A DNA stretch of 64,000 bases from positions 96,001 to 160,000 of IMG/VR virus record IMGVR_UViG_3300037721_000031, one strand, 5' to 3'. The notes under the pieces were generated by a model that saw nothing but the letters and a program-made list of their open reading frames with translations, searched no databases and was not told the origin of the DNA. The stretch is from a virus (taxonomy: Duplodnaviria; Caudoviricetes). Position 1 is the stretch's first letter, and each line of letters begins with the position of its first letter. Shown here piece after piece: positions 47,371-58,235 of this stretch. The position numbers were made by a program, and so were the translations under genes.

Positions 47371-49497
47371 CTAGACGCGCCGGACGAGGATAGCTTCTTT
47401 ATTGATGAAACCGTTAGTCACTTGCATAACTACATTATCGGTTGTCACCATATAAATTTGGTAGGCACCCTTCTGGATGGCTCCAAGAGACTTTGTCAGA
47501 ATTGCAAAGAGTTCTTTGTTACCAGCTTCAGTTACGAGAACCGTTCTGTTACCAGTATCCGCAAGATTGATATCCCTGGAGTGAAGCTTAAGACAAATGT
47601 ATGCCATATCAGCAGCACTGAAAGCCACGGTTCCATTCTTATAATCATTACCCCAGCTATCACCAATCACACCCTTCACATACATTGCGGTATCTTCCTT
47701 ACCGAGCAGAAGGAGTCGGTGCATAATTGACTCTTCCTCAGCCTCAAGAGAGTTACCAACAGTGTCACCGAACGCTTGTGAAAGAGCAGTACTGAGTCCA
47801 AGAGTATCGTTAAATGAATCGATAGTAACGTTGTCCAACCCCATCTCAAGACTCAATACTGAATTAATACTATCCACCAGTATCTTGTCAATGAACGGGA
47901 GAAGATGAATCTTACCATCGCTACTCATATCCTTGATAATCTCCAGACCTTCACTGAACGTCTTTGACGATGACAGAAGCAGAACGACTGTGCGAAGTTC
48001 TTCTTCTAGTTCCCGAGTGTCTACGAACAAAGGCGTGACAACAGTCATCTTTACAATGCATGCATCATTGCTGGACAGATACTCATCCTGCTTTGCTTTG
48101 AGTCTTGCAATGCTTACTGCTGCTTCACTACATGTAGCGATCATAGAACCACTAGTGTCTTCGACAACAGTGACTTCAAATGGTTTCGAAATAATGTTCA
48201 CAATCTTCCCATCGATGTTGTCTTGCGTACTTTCAGATACAGACTGATTCACTGGTCGCCTACCGACCAAATGTTTCTCGTATTCCATCATACCCTTTTC
48301 CTCTTCAGAGAGATCAATTAAAACGCAAATGCAAGCACCATCTACTACGGTGTACATCGGCTTTTGGATTGTAGGATTCCATATTGGGTGATAAGGTTGC
48401 TTATCACTACGTTCCCACTTCATTCCACTAGGTAATGCTTCCGGACTGTAAACAGTCGTCTCGTAAGAGCTTGTAACTTTTCTTTCTTCTCTGATACTTT
48501 CACCAGTTACCTGATTATTAAACCAGTCATTTGGTTGAGTATTCATTACAGACGTTGGTTGAGAGGCCCGTGCATTTGGTGAGAAGGTAGCTTCTGACAC
48601 AACTGCTGGTTCACGAGATACGAATGGTTGTTGAATGCTACCAGTCTTCATCAAATCAGCAACAGTTGCTCGTGCAGAAGACTTCCCAGAAAACTGAGAC
48701 GGTGCAGTCTGCTGTACGGGAGTAGAACTATACTGGTGGCTAGTATTGAAGCTGTTAGTATTCTGTTCACTCAATTGCTTCTTGTAACGGTTAATGGCCC
48801 CACCAGAGCTATGACTAGCATTTACAATGTTGTTCTGAGGAAATGATTGCCTATTAGCTTGACCAAATAAGCCGTACCCGTCTTCTGATACGCCAGCCAT
48901 AGTAGGAACTGCGCCACCCATTCCACTACGAACAGGCATTTGCGTGTTATACCCGCCTTGTTGACGAGTACTGGCGGTGATGTCACGCACAATAGTCTCT
49001 AAAGCTCTGGTTCCATTCACAGCACTTTGTTGTAAATCCGGCTGTAGGAGTTGCATGAGTGAAGGAAAAGGTTTGATCTGTGCACACGCCATCATAGTCA
49101 CAACGTTTTGCACCACGCCAAGAACAGCACCTTCGATAGAATTATATTCCCTACCATTCATCATAACTAGATGAATGTAGTTTGAACAAATCTCCACAAG
49201 TTCCGTAAATTCCCTATTGTTGTATTGATTCATACTGTAGAGATTAAACATAAATACTCGCAGAGGATTCTGCTGCATTTTGTTTTGAATCTCCATTATG
49301 ATCACAGATGTAATCAGAGGGATATATTGCTGTATTTGCTGAGGCACATTCACAGCAGGTATGAAATGCGGCTGACCTGGAGATACGTTTACCGGTTGAT
49401 TTGTGATTTGTGTTGGATTTACAGGCAGCTGCATTTGAGGTTGCATTTGCATGCCTGAATTATTAGGATAACCGTTATTCTGAGGATAATAGCTCAC
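47371..49497 (-). CDS. Conserved phiKZ-like hypothetical protein with Q/N/P/S-rich low-complexity regions
   Basis: 708 aa, directly downstream of the nvRNAP subunit gene. Confidence 0.55.
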   Translation of the reverse strand: MSYYPQNNGYPNNSGMQMQPQMQLPVNPTQITNQPVNVSPGQPHFIPAVNVPQQIQQYIPLITSVIIMEIQNKMQQNPLRVFMFNLYSMNQYNNREFTELVEICSNYIHLVMMNGREYNSIEGAVLGVVQNVVTMMACAQIKPFPSLMQLLQPDLQQSAVNGTRALETIVRDITASTRQQGGYNTQMPVRSGMGGAVPTMAGVSEDGYGLFGQANRQSFPQNNIVNASHSSGGAINRYKKQLSEQNTNSFNTSHQYSSTPVQQTAPSQFSGKSSARATVADLMKTGSIQQPFVSREPAVVSEATFSPNARASQPTSVMNTQPNDWFNNQVTGESIREERKVTSSYETTVYSPEALPSGMKWERSDKQPYHPIWNPTIQKPMYTVVDGACICVLIDLSEEEKGMMEYEKHLVGRRPVNQSVSESTQDNIDGKIVNIISKPFEVTVVEDTSGSMIATCSEAAVSIARLKAKQDEYLSSNDACIVKMTVVTPLFVDTRELEEELRTVVLLLSSSKTFSEGLEIIKDMSSDGKIHLLPFIDKILVDSINSVLSLEMGLDNVTIDSFNDTLGLSTALSQAFGDTVGNSLEAEEESIMHRLLLLGKEDTAMYVKGVIGDSWGNDYKNGTVAFSAADMAYICLKLHSRDINLADTGNRTVLVTEAGNKELFAILTKSLGAIQKGAYQIYMVTTDNVVMQVTNGFINKEAILVRRV

Positions 49498-49573
49498 TTT
49501 AGAAACCCTTTTTCAAATAAAGTAAGAGATGTGTTGTGTAAGTTTCCAATTTACTCAATACATCTCAAATGTA

Positions 49574-51283
49574 TCATACCTCAATATCTCCGACAACATC
49601 CTCACTAGGAATAGCTGAGATATGCTGCCTTGATATTTTAGCCTGAGCGTCATCAAGAAGAGGAGCCAGTGCGATGTTTCTAACTATCCTGCCTTTATGA
49701 TCGATCAACGCATGGTGATTTAGCTTACCATGACCTGATGGGTCACTTTTAGCCATACCACTGTACGAGCCAATTTCTGCTACCGATACGTGAAACTTCT
49801 TGCTTGGATCACCAATTGATCCACGATCACTTGATTTACCCATTCCGCGACGAGTAGCGCTGGACTGAGGTACAAGAATAGAAGTAATCTTAAACGCCAT
49901 GTTGTCACCAGAGTAACTATTACTCGAGACTTCACCGTGATCTTTACGCAGATCAAAGATCCTGCGCGCAGTCATCATGGTGTTCATGGTGTTCACGATA
50001 TCCTTCTTCGTCAACTCCTTATTAGGACGAGCTGCTGTTGCGTTAATCTTGTAATAAAACGTGAATATAGCTTTGGTAATATCCATCAAAGCGTAATACA
50101 CCGTTACTAACTCTTTGTCGTACATTGAGTTAATTTTACTAGATCCTTCAAGCAACCAGTCATTGTACTTTGCAATGATGATTGCAAAGAACTCGTACAA
50201 GTTACCGACGTGAACACCAGACTCAGCCATATTGGCTTTAACAATTGTATCTACATATTCATCTAGAGAATGTATGTGGCTTTGCATCTTCTCAAGTAAC
50301 TTACCTGCGCCAATACCGCCTGAAAACAGAATATGACCCATTAGAACTTGCCACTGCAATACGGAATCTACATACTCTGGCTTCATTTGCTGTGGGAAAT
50401 GATCCACGACGTAAAAGAATGCAGCTATCATGGCCTTGACCATAGGTGTATAGTGTTCACGCCTAACAGCTACTTTTAGAGGAGTACTCTCGTAATACTC
50501 TTTACTGTTTCCACGACCATATCCTCTAGGCTTCATTCCTGGACTGCTGTAGATAGTCGAGCAGATGATCCACATATCCTTGGGATACATGTCAGGATCA
50601 AAGCTTTCTGCAACAACTGGCTCAGCTCCTGTAAAACGCTTGAATGCTTCTGTGAATCCATACTTACAGAATAAGTAATGAACCATTGAGGATTGCGCCC
50701 TAACTGTCGGGTGAACGCTCTTTTCCTTATGGATACGCGAATGAACTATCTGTTCAGTTTCACGCTCTCCATCTGCCATGTACGCACACAGAGATCTTTC
50801 GAACGTAATCTTATCACGTACGAATCTTACGAATATACTGCTGGCGCCAATGCTGAATACCCTGTCCTGAATCACTGGTGAAATAGTGAAACGACTACCG
50901 CTGATATAGATACTACCAGCTTGTGAAACAAAAGGTAGATAGATATACCTGGGGTCAAGAAGTTCACCATTGAACTTGAAGAAGTACTTCATGAGGTAAA
51001 TATCTGAACGAGCTGTCTCGTGTGTTCTCTTAGAACGCTTTACCCCACCACCACGCTTCGTATTGTGCTTGATCGCTTCAGTGTACTCTTCTTCAGGAGT
51101 GCATCGTTGACAGCCGGCGTAAGTTAGTCCTTGAGGAAAGTCTTTTGCGGCAGACTTAAATACTTCATCAATGTACCGTTCTGCAAACGTCATTTGATGA
51201 GTTGCAAGGCCCTCCGCTAACAATGAATTTAAACATGGCGTAGTATCTTTTATAAACTTAACTAATTCTGGATGTAATGCCAT
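49574..51283 (-). CDS. Non-virion RNA polymerase beta subunit, N-terminal part (phiKZ gp123-like)
   Basis: YIYLPFV..AGSIYISGSRFTISPV.QD resembles the beta-subunit N-terminal region; 569 aa; two genes downstream of the major capsid gene, as in phiKZ. Confidence 0.7.
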   Translation of the reverse strand: MALHPELVKFIKDTTPCLNSLLAEGLATHQMTFAERYIDEVFKSAAKDFPQGLTYAGCQRCTPEEEYTEAIKHNTKRGGGVKRSKRTHETARSDIYLMKYFFKFNGELLDPRYIYLPFVSQAGSIYISGSRFTISPVIQDRVFSIGASSIFVRFVRDKITFERSLCAYMADGERETEQIVHSRIHKEKSVHPTVRAQSSMVHYLFCKYGFTEAFKRFTGAEPVVAESFDPDMYPKDMWIICSTIYSSPGMKPRGYGRGNSKEYYESTPLKVAVRREHYTPMVKAMIAAFFYVVDHFPQQMKPEYVDSVLQWQVLMGHILFSGGIGAGKLLEKMQSHIHSLDEYVDTIVKANMAESGVHVGNLYEFFAIIIAKYNDWLLEGSSKINSMYDKELVTVYYALMDITKAIFTFYYKINATAARPNKELTKKDIVNTMNTMMTARRIFDLRKDHGEVSSNSYSGDNMAFKITSILVPQSSATRRGMGKSSDRGSIGDPSKKFHVSVAEIGSYSGMAKSDPSGHGKLNHHALIDHKGRIVRNIALAPLLDDAQAKISRQHISAIPSEDVVGDIEV

Positions 51284-51322
51284 CGTTACTCACCTTTATT
51301 GATTATGCCAAACAAGAGTCAG

Positions 51323-52516
51323 TTAAAGTTTCTGATGCGGAGTAGTCATTTTCTTATAAAATACATATAGACCAACTACACTAGTGATGGCAATAGGTAC
51401 GGTCTTTATTAATTCTAAAACACTTTTTCGTTCGATAGACTTTCGTTCTTCTTGTTCACGCAGCTCTGAAGTCTTACGCTCTTCACGCATAGTTTCAACT
51501 TTATTCCTAAAGAACTCTACTTCATTTTGATGCTTTATAATTGATGCTTCCAATTCTCTTTGTAAGCTATCACGTTCTACTGTTAAACGTTCCGCATCTA
51601 ATTCAGCACGACGTGTCTTATTCTTACTCTCTTCTTCTCGTGTTTGTAAGTCCTGAATAGCTAGTTGTGCTTTTCTTACCTCAGAACTCACCTCATCATT
51701 CAATGCTTCTATGTAAGATCTATGTAATTTGAAGAATGGAATGTCATCGCAAACATCATACCGTTCAGCTATTACTTCACTCTTTTCCATCTCATTGCGG
51801 ACAGGACTATTCGTGAGTACGTAAATTCCATCCCGCATCCCAATTTCTTTATGGGATTTAATAACATAGATATCATTTCCAATTTTAACGAACCTATCGC
51901 CAATTATACCACTGTTATCAACAATCCTAATGCTTCTAGTAAAATTATGGCAGGCAGTAAAATTGTTACCGGTATCAACCTCTGTCAATGAATTCTTTAA
52001 CGAGTTATGACTAACTTTAATTATTTCACTAATGATGGAGTATGGGTGAAAGAAGTTTTCCGTTACGCCGTAAATACTAAAGGCGTAATCTATATCTTTA
52101 ATGTAAACTGTACCACCGTACTTCTTTAGGAGTTGTAAGGGGATACTATACTCAGTACGCATTACGTCACCACTATAGTTAGTTATAGTAGCCGTACTCA
52201 TATTTGTCCAATATGTTTTAGCTATCTGTAATTCTACGCTGTTCTCATAATCTTGTTGATTCATTAACTGCATTAATTGTTTCTTAATGTTTGAATCAAC
52301 AAATGTCTCAACTCTTACGATGAGATTGTTTTCATTAACCGAACAGCGTTTATCTATAGTGAATCTTAGACCGTCACGTGTAGCTACGGCAATATCAACA
52401 GGTAGGCAATTGATAATTGTAATATTTCTTCTGTACGATGCATTGTTTTGCAGGCTTCTATCGTTCCATGGACTAATGTGATTTTCTAAGCCAATATGGG
52501 GAAACTCTGTAGTCAT
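51323..52516 (-). CDS. Conserved hypothetical protein with C-terminal coiled coil and TM anchor
   Basis: ORF track 51323..52624; ATG 52516 after AAGGAAG preferred; C-terminal VPIAITSVVGLYVFYKK. Confidence 0.55.
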   Translation of the reverse strand: MTTEFPHIGLENHISPWNDRSLQNNASYRRNITIINCLPVDIAVATRDGLRFTIDKRCSVNENNLIVRVETFVDSNIKKQLMQLMNQQDYENSVELQIAKTYWTNMSTATITNYSGDVMRTEYSIPLQLLKKYGGTVYIKDIDYAFSIYGVTENFFHPYSIISEIIKVSHNSLKNSLTEVDTGNNFTACHNFTRSIRIVDNSGIIGDRFVKIGNDIYVIKSHKEIGMRDGIYVLTNSPVRNEMEKSEVIAERYDVCDDIPFFKLHRSYIEALNDEVSSEVRKAQLAIQDLQTREEESKNKTRRAELDAERLTVERDSLQRELEASIIKHQNEVEFFRNKVETMREERKTSELREQEERKSIERKSVLELIKTVPIAITSVVGLYVFYKKMTTPHQKL

Positions 52517-52604
52517 TATCAATACTTCCTTTTCTTCTTTATTTATTATTATTTTCATCATGAGAATAAATTCTAGTAATACAGCTATTGCATTACTCAG
52601 GATT

Positions 52605-52630
52605 GTAATATGTATCTGAAACAAAATTCA
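52605..52630 (-). promoter_or_regulatory. Putative early (virion RNAP) promoter, copy 1
   Basis: Minus strand TGAATTTTGTTTCAGATACATATTAC ends in the phiKZ early-promoter-like TATTAC; 23/26 identical to 62178-62203. Confidence 0.55.
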
Positions 52631-52663
52631 TTAGAGTATAAAAGACAGCATAAAAAAGTATTA

Positions 52664-52816
52664 ACAGTCAGGCTACAATGTAGCCTGACTGTCTATGCGG
52701 CATAAATCCCAAACAGAGCAATTACGCTCTGTTTGGGACAAGCCCCAAGAAAACATCTTGCTCTGGAAACAAGAATGAATTCCTGGTGTAGATGATCATT
52801 ACTAATCATCTACACC
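52664..52816 (-). terminator. Three tandem hairpins downstream of the major capsid gene
   Basis: Stems 52664-52692 (14 bp), 52707-52738 (13 bp) and 52785-52816 (12 bp). Confidence 0.65.
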
Positions 52817-52831
52817 ATTGTCAAGTATTTA

Positions 52832-55009
52832 TCAAGTCACATCATGAAAGTCGATAGAGATCTTGCTGTTGGTCAGTTCGGCCAGACCAGACACCTCGAG
52901 CACGCCCAGGACAGGCAGGTTCGTGATGTGCAGGAATGACGGCTGCACCGTCAGTTCCTTGCTGTTTGCGCCATTGCGATGCAGCGGCAGAACCAGCGTC
53001 AGTTCAGGCTTCCAAGCCATGTTACCGAATTGCAGAGGATTGGGAACACCAGAAGCAGCGCCTTCAGAAGTACCGAAGGTCACGAAGATCTTACCAGTGA
53101 CACGGATATCCAGCGTAGACACGACCTTAACATTGAAATGATCACCCAGCAGACGCGGGTCACCAGTAATGTTCAAGTAACGTGACAGAACCGGATCAGT
53201 AGCGATAATGACTGTCGGAGTTTGAGCAACGCCGCCATTCAGAGCATCAGCAGCAGCCTTGTAGCCGCTGTCACGGTACATGCGATAGACCAGCGAACGG
53301 ATGATCGACACCAGAGCACCTTGGATGTCTTGATCCTTTTCAGCTGACTTAATGCTATTCGTGATATCGGCCACATCCACAGAAATCAGTTCGAAGAACG
53401 GATCCACCAGGAAGCGAGCCACACCCAGAATTTCAGGAGAATCACCGATTGCATCGTTGTTATTCACATACGCTTGCAGCAGATCACGTGCACGCAGAAG
53501 TTCAGTCACAGCAGCGTTGCTGGTACGGATGCGAGTAGCAGTAATCAGAGCAGCCAGATCCGAAGCGTCGGTGTTGTCACCTTGGCCCAGAGGACGCGGC
53601 ACGGTAATCGGAGCCAGCAGGGGCACTGCGTAAGTCTGATTGAAAACGGTCACGTCCAGCAGTTGACCACGTTGACGACGGTTAGTGTTCGTACGACGAG
53701 CATCCAGATCGAAACCGACCAGGACAGCCGAACTAAATGCAGCAACGATAGCCGACACAGCGCTATCAGTCGGAGCATACTTAACACCGTCTTCATCAGT
53801 CACACTCACAACGCTAACGGCACCAGTCAGAAGTTCCGTATCAGCGGTTTCCATATTCACGGAACCATTGATCGTGACACCCAGACGCACAGTGTAGTTA
53901 CCAGAAGCAACACCAGCCAGAATGACAGAACTAGCACCGGTAACAAGCTTGGTGTCAGCGTCAATCTTCAACGAACTCGTGGTGAAGTTCAGTTGCATCA
54001 GACGGTAGTTACCTTGCACTGCGTGATTAAACGTAGCCAGGGGCAGATCAGCAGTCGTAAACTTGATGATTTCGTTGATATCCGGATTCGCGCCATTGGC
54101 ATCAAACAGATGCATGTACACAGCGCCCAGACGAACAGCGGTATCGATAGCATCAGTACTATCTTGTTGGCCAGTAGCCAGCAACGAAGCTGATTGCGAA
54201 ATACCCAGCAGCGAGAACTTCTTAGCGAAGGCCAGAGCCGACGTCGTCAGAGATTCGTCACCCAGCAACACAGTACGCGGCGTCAGAAGAGTGGAACTCA
54301 CGAAGTTAGCAGCAGAACCGACAGCGTGAATAGGAACAATCTTCGTCAGATCATTTTGCAGGATCGAAGGATCGCGCAGAGCGTGAATGATATTGCGACG
54401 ACGGAACTGGTCAAGAGCACCAGTAGCCAGACGACGAACTTCATTGTACACTTGCACCAGATGCACAGACACAGTGTAACCGACTTGATCGGGAGTCACG
54501 GTGACGGTAGGATACAGAGCTTCACCGAACTCATCTTGACGAGCGGCTTGCATGTTGTACGCAACAGAATACACTGCAGCGTTCTTGTTTTCCTTCTCGT
54601 CGTAAGCTTCCATAGCTTGCGACAGACGGTTAACACCACTGGAGGTACCAATGTAACGGTCACCTTCAGTCGACGTCGGCATCGGCTTCGCAGTACGCAT
54701 CCACGAGCTGATATCACCAGACATCACGCCAGCCACCAAACCGGCTTCTTGAGAAGACACAGAAACTTGTTCCATGCCCATCGACTTACCGGATTGCATA
54801 ATCAAGTTCAGAGCGTTTTGCAAACGATCAATTGAATTATGCAGATGGCTAACGTGGGTATCAGACATGCTTTCCATAGCCACTGCGGCGCGGGAAAGAC
54901 TAGCATCAACAAACGAACCGCCGCCATTGGCGTTAACGTCACGCTTGAGTTGTTCCACCAGCTGACCGAGGCCAGTAGTGGGCTTTTGCTTTTGAAACAT
55001 ATTCTTCAT
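52832..55009 (-). CDS. Major capsid protein (phiKZ gp120-like)
   Basis: AMEAYDEKEN..AAVYSVAYNMQAARQDEFGEALYPTVTV and WKPELTLVLP; strong C-ending codon bias; A-x-E propeptide sites; next to DnaB. ATG 55009 preferred. Confidence 0.85.
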   Translation of the reverse strand: MKNMFQKQKPTTGLGQLVEQLKRDVNANGGGSFVDASLSRAAVAMESMSDTHVSHLHNSIDRLQNALNLIMQSGKSMGMEQVSVSSQEAGLVAGVMSGDISSWMRTAKPMPTSTEGDRYIGTSSGVNRLSQAMEAYDEKENKNAAVYSVAYNMQAARQDEFGEALYPTVTVTPDQVGYTVSVHLVQVYNEVRRLATGALDQFRRRNIIHALRDPSILQNDLTKIVPIHAVGSAANFVSSTLLTPRTVLLGDESLTTSALAFAKKFSLLGISQSASLLATGQQDSTDAIDTAVRLGAVYMHLFDANGANPDINEIIKFTTADLPLATFNHAVQGNYRLMQLNFTTSSLKIDADTKLVTGASSVILAGVASGNYTVRLGVTINGSVNMETADTELLTGAVSVVSVTDEDGVKYAPTDSAVSAIVAAFSSAVLVGFDLDARRTNTNRRQRGQLLDVTVFNQTYAVPLLAPITVPRPLGQGDNTDASDLAALITATRIRTSNAAVTELLRARDLLQAYVNNNDAIGDSPEILGVARFLVDPFFELISVDVADITNSIKSAEKDQDIQGALVSIIRSLVYRMYRDSGYKAAADALNGGVAQTPTVIIATDPVLSRYLNITGDPRLLGDHFNVKVVSTLDIRVTGKIFVTFGTSEGAASGVPNPLQFGNMAWKPELTLVLPLHRNGANSKELTVQPSFLHITNLPVLGVLEVSGLAELTNSKISIDFHDVT

Positions 55010-55088
55010 GATTAAGACTTTCCTATTTTCCAGAGAAAGAGATTTTGTTGGGACACGCAAACAAAAAAAGATGTTTTATTGCAGACTA

Positions 55089-55640
55089 TTATTCCTGCGA
55101 TAAAAGCTCGAGATACCTGAGATACAACCCGGAAGCTGTAACAGGAGTGCGCTTTTCGTACACATACAATTGCTTCAGTATGTCACGAATAACCGACAGA
55201 TGATGATCGTTCGCCTTAGTGCCCGCGAAAGCACCAGGTGAAATCACCACGCCGATAGCGAGGTCAGCCAAAGGCACTACCTCGAATGGTGGTTGTCCAC
55301 TCAGATTATTAGTCTCAGTAAACAGTAAAGAATGTACGGTATCTCGTTGAAATTTATCTTTAGATAATGGTTCTATTTGTGTATTGATATAAACTTTATC
55401 CACATCATTAGCAGTAGAATACCATTCATAAAGAATAGATTGATTTTCTTTAATACCAATAACTTCTTTGAAGTACGATTGCGCAGCTTCAATGCTGAGC
55501 AAATCATTCATAGAAAGGATAGATTTAATCTTGTTAAACACAAGTAAATCTGATAGTTGCATTTGATGACGTTTTAGTGTGGCTGCAATCCAATTAGGAA
55601 TTACATACACACACTGGTGCATCGGGCTGAATCGGTACAT
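55089..55640 (-). CDS. Conserved hypothetical protein upstream of the capsid gene
   Basis: 183 aa, between MCP and DnaB as in phiKZ-like gene order. Confidence 0.55.
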   Translation of the reverse strand: MYRFSPMHQCVYVIPNWIAATLKRHQMQLSDLLVFNKIKSILSMNDLLSIEAAQSYFKEVIGIKENQSILYEWYSTANDVDKVYINTQIEPLSKDKFQRDTVHSLLFTETNNLSGQPPFEVVPLADLAIGVVISPGAFAGTKANDHHLSVIRDILKQLYVYEKRTPVTASGLYLRYLELLSQE

Positions 55641-55802
55641 AATGTTTGTTCCCGGTTTATAATAACCAATGTATGGTCCACTACATTATTTATAACTATT
55701 ATTGTAAGTGCTGTTGTTTTTTATAGGATCGTTAAATGTTTTGTCATAGGAAATGTAGTTACATTATTTTCCTTAAAGAATTTTTTCTAAAAGAAATACC
55801 TC

Positions 55803-57353
55803 ATGAACGACAAAAAACTTATCCTAGTGAAATGTGTTACGTTACTATTTCGTGAGAGTCAGCTACCTAACATTACTGATAATTCTACTGATCTTGTAAA
55901 GACAATTATCAGTAATGTGGCATTGCCAGAAGTTAGTGTTGGGTTAGTTAATACAGAACGCGACTTACTTGGTGGGCTTAAAGAAATCTGCATGGAGATG
56001 TGTAGTTTCGATGCAAGTCATCAATATTCTAAAACAGAATTGCTCCAAAGAATCCGTCACGTTACTCGTGATGAAGAGTCTTTATATACTTCTTTTTCTG
56101 AAGGAATAGAAGTTGACTTAGACGAAAATGAGTTAAAGAAATTCTGTATCAATTTACGTTTCTCACTTAACGATCATCAACGTGAAGAAAAAGTAACTCA
56201 AATAATTTCAGCAGCAGCTAGAAAGATTCGTTTTGAGAGAGACAAGATTACAAGTATTTCTCAATTTGTTGCAGAAGTGCAAATTGAACTTGAGCCATAT
56301 TTAAACACCACTAAGACTATAGATCCAGCTATTGTAAATTCAATAGACTTAGGAGATTCAAAGTCTATTGAAAAAGTGTTGGGTCAAGCACGAGAACTTA
56401 ATGACGATAAAGGTATCATGAAGTTTGGATGGCAAGCTTTGAACAGAATGACACAAGGCGGTTTACGACGTGGCGAGTGTGTTGTAATTGGAGCTTTGCA
56501 ACATAACTTCAAGACAGGTATGACATTATCTTTATTCAAGCATATCGCTCTATACAATAAACCGTACATGCTTAATCCGAATAAGAAACCTCTTCTTCTT
56601 CGTATCTCTTTTGAAGATCCTCTAAGTCTAAATCTACCGTTTCTATATAGAAACATTTATGAGAATAAGACTGGTAAGTTAGCTGATATAAATGGAAAGT
56701 CACTTGAAGAGCTTTCTGAGTATATTACTAACGAGCTGACTGTAAACGGATACCACATCAAGATGATGCATGTGAATCCGTCACTATGGACATACCGAGA
56801 TCTCTGTAATAAGATTCTAGAGTTAGAGGCTGAAGGGTACGAGATACATCTGTGCATGTTGGATTATCTTCCAATGTTACCTACAACAGGATGTATGGAA
56901 GGAGGACCAATTGGTTCACCGATGCGTGACATGTACCGTCGTACAAGAAATTTCTTTTCATCTAGAAAGATATCTCTCATTACACCTCATCAGTTATCAA
57001 CTGAAGCAAAGATGCTTATCCGAAATGGCATGGATGAAAACTTTGTAAAAGAGATTGCTAATAAAGGTTATTACGATGGTTGTAGAACAGTGGATCAGGA
57101 AGTTGACCTTGAGTTGTACATCCATAAAGTTATTGTGAACGGTAAGTCGTATCTAACTATTCAACGTGGTAAGCATAGAGTTGTTATTCAGACACCAGAA
57201 GAACACAAATTTTGTGTTCTACCATTTGAAGATGTTGGTGATATTCGTGATGATATAAACGGACCTGATACATCGACTAAACGGCCAGGTGCTGTAAAGT
57301 TGAGTGATGGATCTGAGAAAGCTGCCTTTTTTCAATTTAACGACGCTGCGTGA
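55803..57353 (+). CDS. dnaB: DnaB-like replicative helicase (phiKZ-type)
   Basis: QGGLRRGE..VIGALQHNFKTG (phiKZ-type Walker A), ISFED, MLDYL, ITPHQLS, QEVDLEL, QRGKHR. Confidence 0.85.
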   Translation: MNDKKLILVKCVTLLFRESQLPNITDNSTDLVKTIISNVALPEVSVGLVNTERDLLGGLKEICMEMCSFDASHQYSKTELLQRIRHVTRDEESLYTSFSEGIEVDLDENELKKFCINLRFSLNDHQREEKVTQIISAAARKIRFERDKITSISQFVAEVQIELEPYLNTTKTIDPAIVNSIDLGDSKSIEKVLGQARELNDDKGIMKFGWQALNRMTQGGLRRGECVVIGALQHNFKTGMTLSLFKHIALYNKPYMLNPNKKPLLLRISFEDPLSLNLPFLYRNIYENKTGKLADINGKSLEELSEYITNELTVNGYHIKMMHVNPSLWTYRDLCNKILELEAEGYEIHLCMLDYLPMLPTTGCMEGGPIGSPMRDMYRRTRNFFSSRKISLITPHQLSTEAKMLIRNGMDENFVKEIANKGYYDGCRTVDQEVDLELYIHKVIVNGKSYLTIQRGKHRVVIQTPEEHKFCVLPFEDVGDIRDDINGPDTSTKRPGAVKLSDGSEKAAFFQFNDAA

Positions 57354-57414
57354 TTGACATTAGTACTAAGTATAAATCATATGTCGTATTTTACTTAACA
57401 TGTGAGTAGTTAAA

Positions 57415-58164
57415 ATGTCTAGAAAAGAAATAGAAGAATATCTTAACAGAATTCCAAATAGTGTCGTTAGATCATGTAATGTAGAGTCTTTGGAAGAGTC
57501 AGCTATTCCTCAGATTCTACATATTTCCATGAATACTAATTTGAAAGAAATGGTACCAAGGATTTCTACCAGGCAGATGAGTAGAGAAGATCGCACTACG
57601 CCTAGAATTGTAGGTGCACCAACTCTATACGGTTGTATGCTCGGATACTCAACTATTGTAGATGACTACATGGGTAACGCTTCACGTACTGCTGAGAATA
57701 AAGCAGACTGGAAAAACGGTTATCGTATTTACAAGATACCGTATGAATTCTGTTTGAAGCCTGATAAGACATTAGTACCTGATGCTAAGCAAAGTGATGA
57801 GACATGGCTTGTTAATTACAATGAAGGTACTCGTACTTATAAGCCTATTCCAGCAGGCCGTGTTTTTTGTACTAAGTTTACATTTATTCCTCGCATTGGT
57901 GAGCTACCTCAATATGAAGCCACTATCTATGTAGATGTAGTTCTTGATGAAGGTTTATGGTTTTCTAAGAATTATAGATTAGGTAAAGGTTACTGGAAGA
58001 TCGAAGCACCTGTTTGTGATTCTGATAATTTTAAGAATCTTTCATGGGATAGTGATAACGATCTTACAGTTGATGAAATTAAAGCATCAGATTTTTTTAG
58101 TGCTAAACGTTCAGTAGCTGATTTACTATCAATTAAGGATGCTCCTCCTTTTTTGAGTTGGTAG
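57415..58164 (+). CDS. Conserved jumbo phage hypothetical protein
   Basis: 249 aa; LHISMN...MVPRIS...EDRTTPRIV; S-x-E motif near the N-terminus. Confidence 0.55.
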   Translation: MSRKEIEEYLNRIPNSVVRSCNVESLEESAIPQILHISMNTNLKEMVPRISTRQMSREDRTTPRIVGAPTLYGCMLGYSTIVDDYMGNASRTAENKADWKNGYRIYKIPYEFCLKPDKTLVPDAKQSDETWLVNYNEGTRTYKPIPAGRVFCTKFTFIPRIGELPQYEATIYVDVVLDEGLWFSKNYRLGKGYWKIEAPVCDSDNFKNLSWDSDNDLTVDEIKASDFFSAKRSVADLLSIKDAPPFLSW

Positions 58165-58185
58165 TTCAAAAAAAAAAGAATAAGA

Positions 58186-58223
58186 CATAAAACCCGGAAC
58201 CTATTATGGTTCCGGGTTTTATG
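58186..58223. terminator. Bidirectional hairpin terminator
   Basis: 16-bp stem CATAAAACCCGGAACC/GGTTCCGGGTTTTATG between convergent genes. Confidence 0.75.
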
Positions 58224-58235
58224 CAGTCAATTTTC

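Noticed and set aside
52863-54965. Long + strand ORFs opposite the capsid gene (for example 53474..54193, 54194..54835)
   Set aside because: Antisense shadows caused by GC-rich codon bias in MCP; no RBS or motifs.
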